IMG/VR virus record: IMGVR_UViG_3300028800_000010
Location: 2,637-66,636 of that record
Source: a virus
Length of the DNA stretch: 64,000 bases
Reading direction: 5' to 3' (one strand)
In this document: positions 39,290 through 48,394 of the stretch, one piece after another
Layout of the letters: each line of letters begins with the position of its first letter
Position numbering within the stretch: position 1 is the first letter of the stretch
Position numbers and translations under genes: made by a program
The notes under the pieces: generated by a model
Database searches by the model: none
Told to the model about the DNA's origin: nothing
The model's input: the letters and a program-made list of their open reading frames with translations, nothing else

Positions 39290-40057
39290 TCAGGCGAGAA
39301 TCTGCCAGCCCTCGAGCTGACCAGCCAGATAAGACTTGATGGCCTGCATGTTTTCGCCCTGCCACTTGGTGCCGTCGACCGCATAGAGCGCGATCGCCGG
39401 GGTCTGGTCCTGTGTCTGGCGAAGCCGGATCAGGAACTCCCGCTCGACCGGTGCGGCTTCGTCGAACGTGGTCCGGGGGAGCAGCTTCACCCGGGGCTTC
39501 AGGTTGTGCTCGAGCGTCTTCACTTCGCCGGCCTTGATTTTTACCACCTGGTTGATCCCGTCGTCGGCCATGTTCACCTCCGAGCCGGCGGTGAGATTCG
39601 AGGCGAGCTTCAAGAGGTAGGCGCCGTCCGGGTCGTTGATGTGAAACGCGACCTGGAAGGCGATGATGAACTTCTGGGGATCGGTGTAGAACTGATCGAA
39701 AAGGAAAGCGTTGATCGGTTGATACTTCGCGACCAGCAGGGTGTCGCGTTTGCCGAAGTCGTCGCACATCGCGCTTTTGACGGCCACGGTGAGGTAGTCC
39801 TCGATGTGGATGATCTTGCCTTCGGTTTCGCCGAGCACGCCGCCCTTGATGGCGTCGATGAAGCCGGTGAGGGTCGAGACTTCGAGCTTCGCCGGCCGGA
39901 AGGGCTCAATCACGGCGCCGATCTTGCGGCCGTGTTCGGTGATGTCGATCTTGTGCTGGTAAGTCTTGTCGTTGGGGTAGGAGACACCTTCGATCAGTGG
40001 CTTGTCGACGGTGCGCAGGGTGAGATTCTGAACTTCCTGAAGAGCTTCTGCGATCAT
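39290..40057 (-). CDS. conserved phage protein
   Basis: STLTGF, DDGINQ.V, L.P..TF.E..P..REF..R motifs of a widespread phage family. Confidence 0.7.
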   Translation of the reverse strand: MIAEALQEVQNLTLRTVDKPLIEGVSYPNDKTYQHKIDITEHGRKIGAVIEPFRPAKLEVSTLTGFIDAIKGGVLGETEGKIIHIEDYLTVAVKSAMCDDFGKRDTLLVAKYQPINAFLFDQFYTDPQKFIIAFQVAFHINDPDGAYLLKLASNLTAGSEVNMADDGINQVVKIKAGEVKTLEHNLKPRVKLLPRTTFDEAAPVEREFLIRLRQTQDQTPAIALYAVDGTKWQGENMQAIKSYLAGQLEGWQILA

Positions 40058-40102
40058 GGTGGGTCTCTCTCTTTCGGGTTGAAGTCGAGGTTGCGCCTAT
40101 CC

Positions 40103-40474
40103 CTAGGCGTTCTCGCCGGCTTTGAAGTCGAGCAGGTTGTCGGCCTGTTTCGGAGCTTCAAAGAGCACATCCTGACGCGGATCCTGATCGAATGCGAGCA
40201 CGTGGTTATCGGTGTCCTTGCCGAGGAACACCTTGGACGCATGATCGTTGGCGCCAGCCAGAGTGGTTTTAGCCGAGGTCGTCACGTGGATGGTCCGCCG
40301 GTCCCCCTCTGGTTTGAACTTGAACGTGATGGTGATGGCCCGGCCCGATTCGGCCGGCGTGTCGGTATCGGCGATGTTCTGAACCACCTGGTTGAGGCAC
40401 TTCTCGAACAGCTCAAGCGCGGCACCGCGCGCGATCGAGCCAAGGTTAAGCGGGATCAGTTCCGGTCTGGGCAT
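40103..40474 (-). CDS. conserved phage protein, usual partner of the downstream gene
   Basis: GAA.E.F...V..NI.D.DT....R.IT pattern. Confidence 0.7.
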   Translation of the reverse strand: MPRPELIPLNLGSIARGAALELFEKCLNQVVQNIADTDTPAESGRAITITFKFKPEGDRRTIHVTTSAKTTLAGANDHASKVFLGKDTDNHVLAFDQDPRQDVLFEAPKQADNLLDFKAGENA

Positions 40475-40784
40475 GCTCGGGGTTCTCCGTCAGGGGTTGG
40501 GGCGGCCCGAAGGTCCGCAGTTGTTCGCCAATCTGGGCGATGTTCGGTGGAGCTTCGAGGATGCGATTCAGCCGCGCCTGCATGATGCTGGCGAGGATAT
40601 TGGCCCGCAACTGGGGCTCAATCTCGGTGATGATGGCCAGGGCAAGCTCGTCGGCGTCGGCCTGGTGAAGCAGGTGGTCGATGCCGTCAAGGGTGATGGT
40701 GTTCTCAAAGCCGAATTCCTGCGGCGCGTCCTCCGCGGGCTCGCGCTCCTTCCGCTTCGTGCGGTCGTACACGCCCCTCGGCAT
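40446..40784 (-). CDS. hypothetical protein
   Basis: MPRGVY.R start; operon packing. Confidence 0.55.
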   Translation of the reverse strand: MPRGVYDRTKRKEREPAEDAPQEFGFENTITLDGIDHLLHQADADELALAIITEIEPQLRANILASIMQARLNRILEAPPNIAQIGEQLRTFGPPQPLTENPEHAQTGTDPA

Positions 40785-40958
40785 CTAACGCAGCCCCGCA
40801 TAGACGACCAGCGCCCAGAGGCCGACCAGCAGGGCGGCGAGAACGGTGCAGTAGAGCCTCTCCCCGACCTTGCGCCACACGGGCACGAGGCGGTCGTGCT
40901 CGGACTGGTTGAACCGGGCGAGCATGGTGTCTTCGGGTCTGTGGAATCGGATTCTCAC
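40785..40958 (-). CDS. small membrane protein
   Basis: GTGA coupling; C-terminal TM. Confidence 0.45.
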   Translation of the reverse strand: MRIRFHRPEDTMLARFNQSEHDRLVPVWRKVGERLYCTVLAALLVGLWALVVYAGLR

Positions 40959-41143
40959 CCTTTGCCTCCCTTCGACTGGCTGTCGATCCACTGGTCGATC
41001 AGCGACTTCTTGAAGCGCCATCGATTGCCTAACTTGAAGCCGGGAAGCCTGCCTTCCGCGGCGTATTTATAGAGCGTGTCCGGCGAGATACCGAGATACT
41101 TCGCGCATTGATCGATGTTCATGATCTCGGCGTGTTCCGCCAC
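40955..41143 (-). CDS. excisionase-family HTH (HTH_17)
   Basis: IMNIDQCAKYLGIS..TLY....G.LPGFKLG..WRF....ID.W. Confidence 0.85.
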   Translation of the reverse strand: MAEHAEIMNIDQCAKYLGISPDTLYKYAAEGRLPGFKLGNRWRFKKSLIDQWIDSQSKGGKG

Positions 41144-41430
41144 TACGACGCTCTTTCCTGCTCAGCTTCCGGTTCGGCTTCGTTCTGGTTGCGCGGGAGG
41201 ATATCGACCGCCCGCATGTTGGTGCCTTTAGACCGGGGCGGCGCCGGCGTGAACTCGAGCAGCGACCCCTCAAACCAGTGCTCGGCCGGGACGGCAAACT
41301 TCGAAACGTAGTACTGCGGCGTGTTCGGCCCGGTCGAGAGAAACGCAAAGCCCTTGCCCGCATTGTGGAACTCGATGATCCGGCCGACCAGCCGGCCGCG
41401 CAGATAACCGCGAGAATTGCTACTAGCCAC
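41143..41430 (-). CDS. cold-shock domain protein
   Basis: GRIIEF...KGFAFL...YYV...EG..LEF...KG..AVDI. Confidence 0.7.
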   Translation of the reverse strand: MASSNSRGYLRGRLVGRIIEFHNAGKGFAFLSTGPNTPQYYVSKFAVPAEHWFEGSLLEFTPAPPRSKGTNMRAVDILPRNQNEAEPEAEQERAS

Positions 41431-43195
41431 GGGGACCTCCCGGAAGTTGCGGCAACTGGATGATGGGCGCGCCCTTGTTGGCGGCCGGGTCGAAGTAGAC
41501 CAGGCAGGAGCTCGTGAGCATGAGCGCGGCGATCGAGGCTGCCTTCTCAAGAGCCACGCGCACCACCTTGGCAGGGTCGACGATGCCGGCCTTGACGAGG
41601 TCCTCGAATTCGCCGGTTGCAGCGTTGAAGCCGAAGGGCGCAAGCCCCTGCCGTGTTCCCCCGGATGCGATCCAAAGATCGTTGATCTCAGCCGCGACCT
41701 GGTCCGGATCCTCGCCGGCGTTCGCGGCAATCAGGCGGAGCGGCGCGCGCATAGCCTCGGCGAGGATGCGGGCTCCGCGGGCGACTTCGGGGAACATCTC
41801 GGCCGCGGTCGATTCAAGCTGCCGCGCCAGAATGTAGAGGCACAGGCCCCCACCCGGAACGATGCCCTCGGCGACCGCGCACCGGACTGCGAGAACAGCA
41901 TCCTCGGCGGCATCGCGCAGGGCCTTCGCTTCCGATTCCGTCTGGGCGCCAACCTTGAGGACCGCCACCTGGCCGGCGAGCCGCGCCGCCCGCTCGAGCA
42001 TGTGCTCCCGGGTCATCGGGTCGGGATGCTCCTTCGACTGCTCGCGCAGGCCCTCGGCGAAGCGCTTGACGAGCTCCGGGTCATGCCGGTCGCCGGTGCA
42101 GCCCTCGAGGATGGTGCGGCGGTTCGAGATGACGACGCGCTTGGCGCTGCCAAGATTTTCGTTGGTCCAGGCGCCGCGCTTGTCGACGACCCAGCGGGAG
42201 AGTGTGTCGCCGCCGTCGAGCTTGAGCACGCGGCCCCCGGTGGCCATGGCCAGATCCTCAAGGACCCCGCGCTTCAGGTCCCCGTAGCCCGGCGCGCGCA
42301 CGATGCAGATTTGAAGATGCCTCTGCGCATGGTTGACCAGGAAGGACTGCGCGGCGTCGGAGCCGGCGAGAACGTCGTCGGCGACAATCAGCAGAGGCCT
42401 CGGGGTGCGCTCACGCTTGCTGCCCTCGAAGTTCAGGCCCGCGCAGTAGGTGAGCAGCGGCCCCGGATCGTGCAGCGTCGGGTTCTGCGCGACGCCTTGC
42501 GAGAGCTGCCGCTCGGTGATCAGGATGTAGGGATTCTCAAGCACAGCGAGACCGTGTTCGCGGTCGGTGATGAACTCGGGAAAGAGGAACCCGGAATCCA
42601 TCTGGAACCCCTCGCGGATCTCAACCGACATTTCGGGCTTGCTCGCGTCGTCGATCGTGAACAGGCCATCCCGGCCGACCTTCTTGATGGCTTCGAGGAT
42701 GAGTTGGCCAAAGGCCTGGTTCCCGTTGGTGGCGATGGTCGCGACCTGGGCAATCTGCTCGTCGGTCGGCTCCTGCGCCATGTGCCGGATGCCCACGGCG
42801 ACCAGCTGCACGGCAGCCTGGATAGCGCGCTGAAGCTGCACGGCACCGTCGCCCGCCTTGACGCGCTCTAAACCAGCCTTCAGGATGGCGTGCGAGAGGA
42901 CCGTGGCTGTAGTCGTGCCGTCGCCGGCTTCTTCGACCGTCGCCCGGGCCACGGCCTGGATCATCTTCACGGCGGAATTCAACACCGGGTCGGTGAGCTG
43001 GATGTTGCGCGCCACGGTGACGCCGTCCTTGGTGACCTGGGGAACGTCGCCGGCGCGATCGATGATGACGTTGCAGCCGCGCGGCCCGAGGGTTGACCCG
43101 ACGGCGAGCGCGATCTGTTCGACGCCCTCGAGCATCTGCTCGTGCAGGTTCTGCTCCTCGCGAAAGTTCGAAGCGTAAAGAAGTGCCTTACTCAT
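41423..43195 (-). CDS. groEL: chaperonin GroEL homologue
   Basis: TLGPRG, TKDGVTVA, AGDGTTTAT, APGYGD, VPGGG, GIVDPAKV. Confidence 0.95.
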   Translation of the reverse strand: MSKALLYASNFREEQNLHEQMLEGVEQIALAVGSTLGPRGCNVIIDRAGDVPQVTKDGVTVARNIQLTDPVLNSAVKMIQAVARATVEEAGDGTTTATVLSHAILKAGLERVKAGDGAVQLQRAIQAAVQLVAVGIRHMAQEPTDEQIAQVATIATNGNQAFGQLILEAIKKVGRDGLFTIDDASKPEMSVEIREGFQMDSGFLFPEFITDREHGLAVLENPYILITERQLSQGVAQNPTLHDPGPLLTYCAGLNFEGSKRERTPRPLLIVADDVLAGSDAAQSFLVNHAQRHLQICIVRAPGYGDLKRGVLEDLAMATGGRVLKLDGGDTLSRWVVDKRGAWTNENLGSAKRVVISNRRTILEGCTGDRHDPELVKRFAEGLREQSKEHPDPMTREHMLERAARLAGQVAVLKVGAQTESEAKALRDAAEDAVLAVRCAVAEGIVPGGGLCLYILARQLESTAAEMFPEVARGARILAEAMRAPLRLIAANAGEDPDQVAAEINDLWIASGGTRQGLAPFGFNAATGEFEDLVKAGIVDPAKVVRVALEKAASIAALMLTSSCLVYFDPAANKGAPIIQLPQLPGGPRG

Positions 43196-43673
43196 GGGGT
43201 GTGATTCGTCCTTCGTCGGTGGGGCAGTCAGTGCCCTGGTGTGCAACGCCGCAGCAGCAAACCTTAGGAGCATCTGCGGGGCCGTAGTTGATGTGGACCT
43301 CATCTTGGCGGACGATGAGATAGGCGCCTGGAGGGAAGCCGCGCGGGTCGATGATCTCCTTGCCGGCGTAGGACGGGAAGCTGATCAGGTCGCCGACCGA
43401 AACTTCGGGCGGGACGCGCACCCCGAACTCGGTCATCCGGCCGGGGCCCGCCATGCGCACGATGCCCTCGGTCGGCCGCTCGGCCTGCGAGCCGGGCCGG
43501 GCCATGCCGCGGACCATGTCGTCGACTTCAAGAGGCTCGACGAGGAGCCGGTCGGTGATGGCGGCGGGAAATGTTTTCGGCGCGCGTTGGAGACCGTCAA
43601 AGACTACGTCCGACAACTTTGCACTGTTTGCTGGCGGAAGGTCTTCAGAGTGCTTGTCCATGGGGTAGGGCAT
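43188..43673 (-). CDS. groES: co-chaperonin GroES homologue
   Basis: DRLLV...G.V..AGPG...VSVGD...YAG.EI...YLIVRQDEV; adjacent to groEL. Confidence 0.85.
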   Translation of the reverse strand: MPYPMDKHSEDLPPANSAKLSDVVFDGLQRAPKTFPAAITDRLLVEPLEVDDMVRGMARPGSQAERPTEGIVRMAGPGRMTEFGVRVPPEVSVGDLISFPSYAGKEIIDPRGFPPGAYLIVRQDEVHINYGPADAPKVCCCGVAHQGTDCPTDEGRITPHE

Positions 43674-43675
43674 GG

Positions 43676-44053
43676 CTACTTTTTGGCCTCCGGCGCCGGC
43701 TTCTTCTCCGCCGGTTTGGCGACGGGTACGGCGACCAGGCCGCCCGCCTGCGGGTTCCAGACGTAGCCGGGATGCTCGCGCTCGATCTGCTGGACGATCA
43801 TGCCGTACTGCTGCTGGAGTTCCTGCCTGCGCTGGGGCAGGCTCAGCTCTTCCTGCTGAAGCAGCGCCATGCGGAGCTGGATGTTCTCAAGCTTCGTACG
43901 CTCGAGCTCGGTAGGCTCGGCCGGGGCTGCGGGGGTGGCGGCGGCGGGAGGCGGTGTTGGGGGCTTCAGGGCCGGGGTCGGCTTCTGGCCGTGAGCGAGA
44001 CTCAAAAAGCAGAGGGCGAGGCCCATGAAAAGCAAAAACAAGCGTGAACGCAC
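43676..44053 (-). CDS. secreted coiled-coil protein
   Basis: Signal peptide ending AHG-Q. Confidence 0.55.
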   Translation of the reverse strand: MRSRLFLLFMGLALCFLSLAHGQKPTPALKPPTPPPAAATPAAPAEPTELERTKLENIQLRMALLQQEELSLPQRRQELQQQYGMIVQQIEREHPGYVWNPQAGGLVAVPVAKPAEKKPAPEAKK

Positions 44054-44289
44054 TAGCGGATCTCCTGTTCGATGAAGTCGATGCAGCTGCAGATGGGCAT
44101 GTTGCAGTGGCGGGTATGGCAGACGGTGGTGCGGGTGCGCTGGTCGGCCGGCCACATGTCTTCCTTGTGGTAGCCGTGCGGGACGTTGCCCTTGCAATGA
44201 TCGGAAGGCGGATGGTCGCAGCGCCGGCAGGGCTGATCGGGGGAGGACTTCGATTGCGTGTGGACAAGCTCGGGCGAGCAGGTAGCCAT
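44053..44289 (-). CDS. small Cys/His-rich protein
   Basis: C..C.H...H...C...C...C.C..F. Confidence 0.55.
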   Translation of the reverse strand: MATCSPELVHTQSKSSPDQPCRRCDHPPSDHCKGNVPHGYHKEDMWPADQRTRTTVCHTRHCNMPICSCIDFIEQEIR

Positions 44290-44373
44290 CAGAACACCTC
44301 TATCCTGCGGTCGAGCTCGTGAGGCGCCCAGGCAGGAGCAATCAGAAAAATGACAACGGGGAAAGTCAAACGG

Positions 44374-44411
44374 AGATTAAGAGACCGCGGGAAATATGTC
44401 AAGGTGTCATA
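44374..44411 (-). promoter_or_regulatory. sigma70 promoter of the chaperonin operon, overlapped by operator copy 2 (44395-44411)
   Basis: TTGACA-17bp-TAATCT; TATGTC-AAGGT-GTCATA covers the -35. Confidence 0.7.
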
Positions 44412-44929
44412 GCTGTTGAAAACGTGATGACCCGCGTTTCGCCCAATGCTGACAGGGCGAGTTCGTATTTAAGTTTTTGCGCGGCGACCCAACCGAGTCC
44501 CTGGAGCAGGACCGCACGATCGAGCCGGCGTTGATCGAGGTTGTCCGAGATGTCGGCGATTTTAACGAGCTTGGCGCGGGGGCGCCGCTCGATGCGCCCG
44601 AGGTACTCCGCGTAGGTTTCCTCACCTTTGCGGTGGGTGAGCGCATCGAGATCGGCGATGAACTCGGCATCGGCGTTGAATTCCATAGCCACGTCTGCAA
44701 GGGTCGCCGAGGTGTCTTCGACCACGTCGTGTAGGATCCCGAGGATCGCGGCGTCAACGTCTGGAAGCAGCCGCATGCCGACGCGCAAGGGATGCCAGAG
44801 GTACGGCTCGCCGCCGCGGTCGACCTGGCCGGCGTGGTTCACCGCGGCGTAGGCGATCGCCGCTTGCAGGGCCTTTTGCTGGATGCGCATCAGGTTGCGC
44901 GCGCTTTCAGAATTGCTGAGTGTTCCCAT
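44399..44929 (-). CDS. HD-domain protein, small alarmone hydrolase / Mesh1-like
   Basis: HAGQVDRGGEPY..HP.RV, LHDVVEDT, VKIAD..DN. Confidence 0.85.
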   Translation of the reverse strand: MGTLSNSESARNLMRIQQKALQAAIAYAAVNHAGQVDRGGEPYLWHPLRVGMRLLPDVDAAILGILHDVVEDTSATLADVAMEFNADAEFIADLDALTHRKGEETYAEYLGRIERRPRAKLVKIADISDNLDQRRLDRAVLLQGLGWVAAQKLKYELALSALGETRVITFSTAMTP

Positions 44930-44933
44930 TTAG

Positions 44934-45551
44934 TTAGACCTCCTCGATTCGAATCTTGTGAAACCAGAGCATCAGCTTCTTTTTGACCTTGTACACGTCG
45001 GTCCTCATGCCCTTGGCGTCCTCGACGTGCAGGACCCCGCGTTCGTCGTTGTAGACGAAGTCTGCCCGGTAAGAACAAGCTCGTTCGAGGAGCTTGACCT
45101 TGATCATCCCTTCGGCGGGTGGCGCGTATTGACCCTCCCAGGCTGGTGCGTATTGTGCGGGGATCAGCTCGTAGTCGACCTGTTCGCGAAGATTAGAGAT
45201 CAGCCCGGCGGCCTGGAGCGTCTGGAGGTACTGTGCTCGGCGTGTTTCTTTGTTCGAGGCGCGGCCGGTGCCCTTCTGGTTCGAGAACTTGTTCGGAGCG
45301 CAGGCCCGGCAGCGGGGATGCTTCTTCTTGAGTTGGCCCTTCGAGAACTGTGTCGCGGCGTCGAGCGAGTCGGCGCAGACCGAGCAGATCACCTTGAACC
45401 CCTCAGGCAGCGGTGGTGCCTTCGGTCGGAGTGGCTGAGCGACAACAGGCGCCACCGTGATCGGCGCCGCGAGCGCAGGACCGCAGTTCATCGTGCAGTA
45501 GCCGTCAACGCAGTCACCGCAAGGCTGGCTGCGCTTGCCGAAAAGCATCAA
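44934..45551 (-). CDS. DUF1064-family endonuclease with N-terminal Cys-rich extension
   Basis: S.KE..R...L..QV.YEL...YRADFVY...VEDAKG..T..YK.KKKL. Confidence 0.8.
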   Translation of the reverse strand: MMLFGKRSQPCGDCVDGYCTMNCGPALAAPITVAPVVAQPLRPKAPPLPEGFKVICSVCADSLDAATQFSKGQLKKKHPRCRACAPNKFSNQKGTGRASNKETRRAQYLQTLQAAGLISNLREQVDYELIPAQYAPAWEGQYAPPAEGMIKVKLLERACSYRADFVYNDERGVLHVEDAKGMRTDVYKVKKKLMLWFHKIRIEEV

Positions 45552-45757
45552 CGCTGGCTCCGGTCGATGTGCAGGCAGATCAGGCAGAACACCGCGATCC
45601 CGCCGCTCTTGATCGACGCAAAGGTTGCGCCGTGTGCGAATTCGATGGCCATCAGCACGAGCAGCACGAGAGCGAGGATAAAGAACGCGCTACGCCACAA
45701 AAAGCTAAAGAGCACCATAGAGTTTTTGCCTCCGTTTCTTCCAACTTCGTAATTCAA
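45548..45757 (-). CDS. small membrane protein
   Basis: Two hydrophobic segments. Confidence 0.4.
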   Translation of the reverse strand: MNYEVGRNGGKNSMVLFSFLWRSAFFILALVLLVLMAIEFAHGATFASIKSGGIAVFCLICLHIDRSQR

Positions 45758-45943
45758 ACCACGCGCGCAACCGTTCGAGCAGAGTGACCGGGCGGCGCCA
45801 CCAGACCCAGGTGTAGCCGCCGCATTCCGGACAGCAGTGCCCCTGAACCCAGATCCGAATCTCGCCCGGCTGGATGACGCGCCCGCAGGTGCAGATGCGC
45901 ACCAGGCGATGCGTGCCGGCGGGGAGCGGCTTCGGGTCTGGTC

Positions 45944-46390
45944 TCATGCCGGCTCCAACTTCGCGATGGTGTAGCCCTGGGCGCGCGCGCCGTGACCACC
46001 GCCGCGCACGACTTTCACAAGCTCGCCAGCCGGTCCGAGCGCCTTGCGCAGGTGGTGCATGACCACGGGCAGCATGTTCGACTTAGGCATCTCGTCCGGC
46101 CGCCAGAGGCTGCTCGAAAGCGCCTCGGGGGTAAGGACCTCGCCCTGGTGAAGCATCAGCTGCTCGAGCAGGGTGAAGGCCGTGGGCGTGAGCGCGACCG
46201 GCTCGTCAAAGCTCCACACTTCCCGGGTGATGCGGTTGAGGACGATCGTCTCGCCGTGGGCCTTGAGCGTCAGTCCCTGGATGAACCGATCCTGCGTCTC
46301 AGACAGCGCTTGCCACTTGTCAAGCTCTTGGGCGAGAGCGCGGTTCTCACGCACGAGGGCTGCGTAGCTCTTCTTTTTTGCTTTGGTCAC
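45944..46390 (-). CDS. OmpR/PhoB-type winged-helix DNA-binding protein without receiver domain
   Basis: LTPTAFTLL..LM...GEVL...L...LW...SN...V..HHLRKAL...VRG..GY. Confidence 0.8.
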   Translation of the reverse strand: MTKAKKKSYAALVRENRALAQELDKWQALSETQDRFIQGLTLKAHGETIVLNRITREVWSFDEPVALTPTAFTLLEQLMLHQGEVLTPEALSSSLWRPDEMPKSNMLPVVMHHLRKALGPAGELVKVVRGGGHGARAQGYTIAKLEPA

Positions 46391-46677
46391 TGGCTTACCT
46401 CGACGAGGGCGCGCATCTCTGCTGCGTCTTCCCGGCTGATGTGTTCTTTCGGCCCTCGCACGGCGAGCGCGGCAGGTAGAGTGAGCATGAACATGCTGTT
46501 GCCGCCCCACAGAGGCCCGGTGCGCTCGACCGCATCGCCCTGGGCAACCATCGCCTTCCACTCCGCGTAGTCGTCGCAACCCGGGCCGGTACAGAAGCGG
46601 TTGCGATAAGAGGTATTCCGTTTGTTTGGAAAGCCGAGAGCGTGGCGCGCCAACATGATCTGCTTTTCTGTCATCAC
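46387..46677 (-). CDS. conserved small phage protein, probably leaderless
   Basis: ARHALG...SYRN.F motif; promoter immediately upstream. Confidence 0.65.
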   Translation of the reverse strand: MMTEKQIMLARHALGFPNKRNTSYRNRFCTGPGCDDYAEWKAMVAQGDAVERTGPLWGGNSMFMLTLPAALAVRGPKEHISREDAAEMRALVEVSQ

Positions 46678-46683
46678 AGTATT

Positions 46684-46744
46684 AATCTAGATCAATTATT
46701 ACGAGGAAGCAATAACGAATTATCGATTATGACACCCTGTCATA
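46684..46744 (-). promoter_or_regulatory. promoter TTGCTT-17-TAGATT with upstream operator copy 3 (46728-46744)
   Basis: TATGAC-ACCCT-GTCATA; whole block is similar to 48689-48750. Confidence 0.7.
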
Positions 46745-46777
46745 TTCCGAGGTAACTGAGGGCGGCGGTGAGAGAGG

Positions 46778-47030
46778 TAAGAATGTATGTATATAAATAC
46801 CCGTAGTAGTCGTTCTCCGTGGAAAAGCAGGAAATCTTGGCCGTTTTGGTGGCCAGGCATAAGATATCGCGCGACTTAGATGCCGGAAAAGATGTCCACA
46901 TTCGAGGGCAGCGGAAAGTGGGAAACCCGGAACTCTGTGGAAAGTCGCCTGAATTACAGCCGCGATTTCCATCGTTTTTGACCGGTGTGGATAAAGCCAT
47001 GTGGAAAAGGGCGGTTTATGTGGAGAACGC
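46778..47030. other. putative oriC-like replication origin (DnaA boxes, DnaA-trios, AT-rich tract)
   Basis: TGTGGATAA at 46986-46994 (perfect box); near-matches at 47000, 47019, 46936 and 46818; TAGTAGTCG next to an AT-rich tract. Confidence 0.65.
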
Positions 47031-47078
47031 TCGGAAGGCTTTTCAAATCAGTCTCTACTTCTGAGCGGATTTGCACAT

Positions 47079-47654
47079 TTAGTCCCAGTAGGGTTCAGCC
47101 GCCTTGGTCGGCGTTTTGCCCTGGGCGCGCTCGAGATACTCGCGGTAATGGGCGGTCGAGGCGGCGATTGAGATCCCGTCCGAGGTGAAGCAGCGGGGAT
47201 TGAGTCCGAATGCGGCGTGGAGCTCGCGCGCCGCGGCCGTGCGCTTCTCCGGGGTGAGCAGCTTCTCGACTGAAGGCAGGAGAGCGATGTGGATCCAGCC
47301 CCAGGCGGTGCCCCGGCCGCCGGTGACCGAGTAACGGAAGCCCCGCTCGGCGAGCGCTCGCTTGATGCGGCCGATCACGACGTTCCGGTCCCACTCGTCA
47401 GCCTTGCGTGCGGCCCGGCACTTCTCGCGGAAGGCGCGCTCGGAGCGCAGCCCATCGAGCCAGCGGCGCATCACGGTTTCGATCTCCGACTGGGTGGTCT
47501 TGACGACGTGCACGTCGGGCCTGGTCTTGCGCCCGCGGTAGCCGATCGCGGCCGGCTGCCCCTTGTGGGTGTAGAGGTAGATGGTGCCGAGCCGGTCCTT
47601 GTCCATGATGACGACGGCGCCTGCGGGGCGGTAGCGGGGTCGGGGTTTCTTCAT
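47079..47654 (-). CDS. hypothetical protein
   Basis: SVTGGRGTAWGWI motif; operon packing. Confidence 0.6.
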   Translation of the reverse strand: MKKPRPRYRPAGAVVIMDKDRLGTIYLYTHKGQPAAIGYRGRKTRPDVHVVKTTQSEIETVMRRWLDGLRSERAFREKCRAARKADEWDRNVVIGRIKRALAERGFRYSVTGGRGTAWGWIHIALLPSVEKLLTPEKRTAAARELHAAFGLNPRCFTSDGISIAASTAHYREYLERAQGKTPTKAAEPYWD

Positions 47655-47736
47655 CGGTCTGCCTTTCTGCGCAGCGAGGAGATCAGGAGCGCCACGGCGA
47701 GGAAGCCAAAAAACCCGGTGGGGAATAGGATCGCGG

Positions 47737-48051
47737 TCATCGGGGACTCCCGTCTGCCTTGGCGATCGCCGCACGAGCTCTTTCGAAGGCTGTATCCATC
47801 GCACCTTCGGGGTCGTCGGCTCTGTAGTTGTTGGGATCATCGGCGTCTAAGTGTCCTTTGATGACGAGCAGAGCCTCGTACATCTCGGTTGCCGCCCTGA
47901 TCAGTTGGCGATTTGCTTCGGCCTTATCGGGATAGTCCCCGAAGTACATGGTCCCTTCGAGGGTAGCCTCGAGCACTGTGTAGTCGCCCTCGGCGTAGAG
48001 ACGATTGTTGTCCGACTCCCAAGTCCACGGTCCAAGGGTGAAGTTAGCCAA
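47737..48051 (-). CDS. hypothetical phage protein
   Basis: T.GPW...AN..LI.AA.EMYEAL...ARAAIAKA family pattern. Confidence 0.7.
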   Translation of the reverse strand: MANFTLGPWTWESDNNRLYAEGDYTVLEATLEGTMYFGDYPDKAEANRQLIRAATEMYEALLVIKGHLDADDPNNYRADDPEGAMDTAFERARAAIAKADGSPR

Positions 48052-48394
48052 TGGCGACCTCCTTCGCGTTGCGGGCGCGGACCTGAGCGCGCCAGTTAGC
48101 GCACCACTCGCCCTCAGGCTGGGGGACGTGGTCGAGCCACTCGACCGGGCAGCCGTAGTAGTGTGGCCCTACGCACTCTTCCATCTCTTTGTGGTACTTC
48201 CCGTCCCAGATCATCACGCCGATGAAGCGTTCTTTGGCGGCGCCGGTCGAGGTACGCACCTCATAGAGGAACCAATCCTCATTGCCGCTGCGGTGGGTCT
48301 TGATGGCGACCACCGTGAAACCGTTGACCGTCTCCCAGCGGCTCTGCCGGGCGACTACCCGTTCCCGGTTCCCGTCTCCACTTGTCCAGCCCAT
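48044..48394 (-). CDS. hypothetical protein
   Basis: MGW start, K.M.E..GP.YY.CP...WR..V motif; AGGAG RBS. Confidence 0.7.
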   Translation of the reverse strand: MGWTSGDGNRERVVARQSRWETVNGFTVVAIKTHRSGNEDWFLYEVRTSTGAAKERFIGVMIWDGKYHKEMEECVGPHYYGCPVEWLDHVPQPEGEWCANWRAQVRARNAKEVAIG

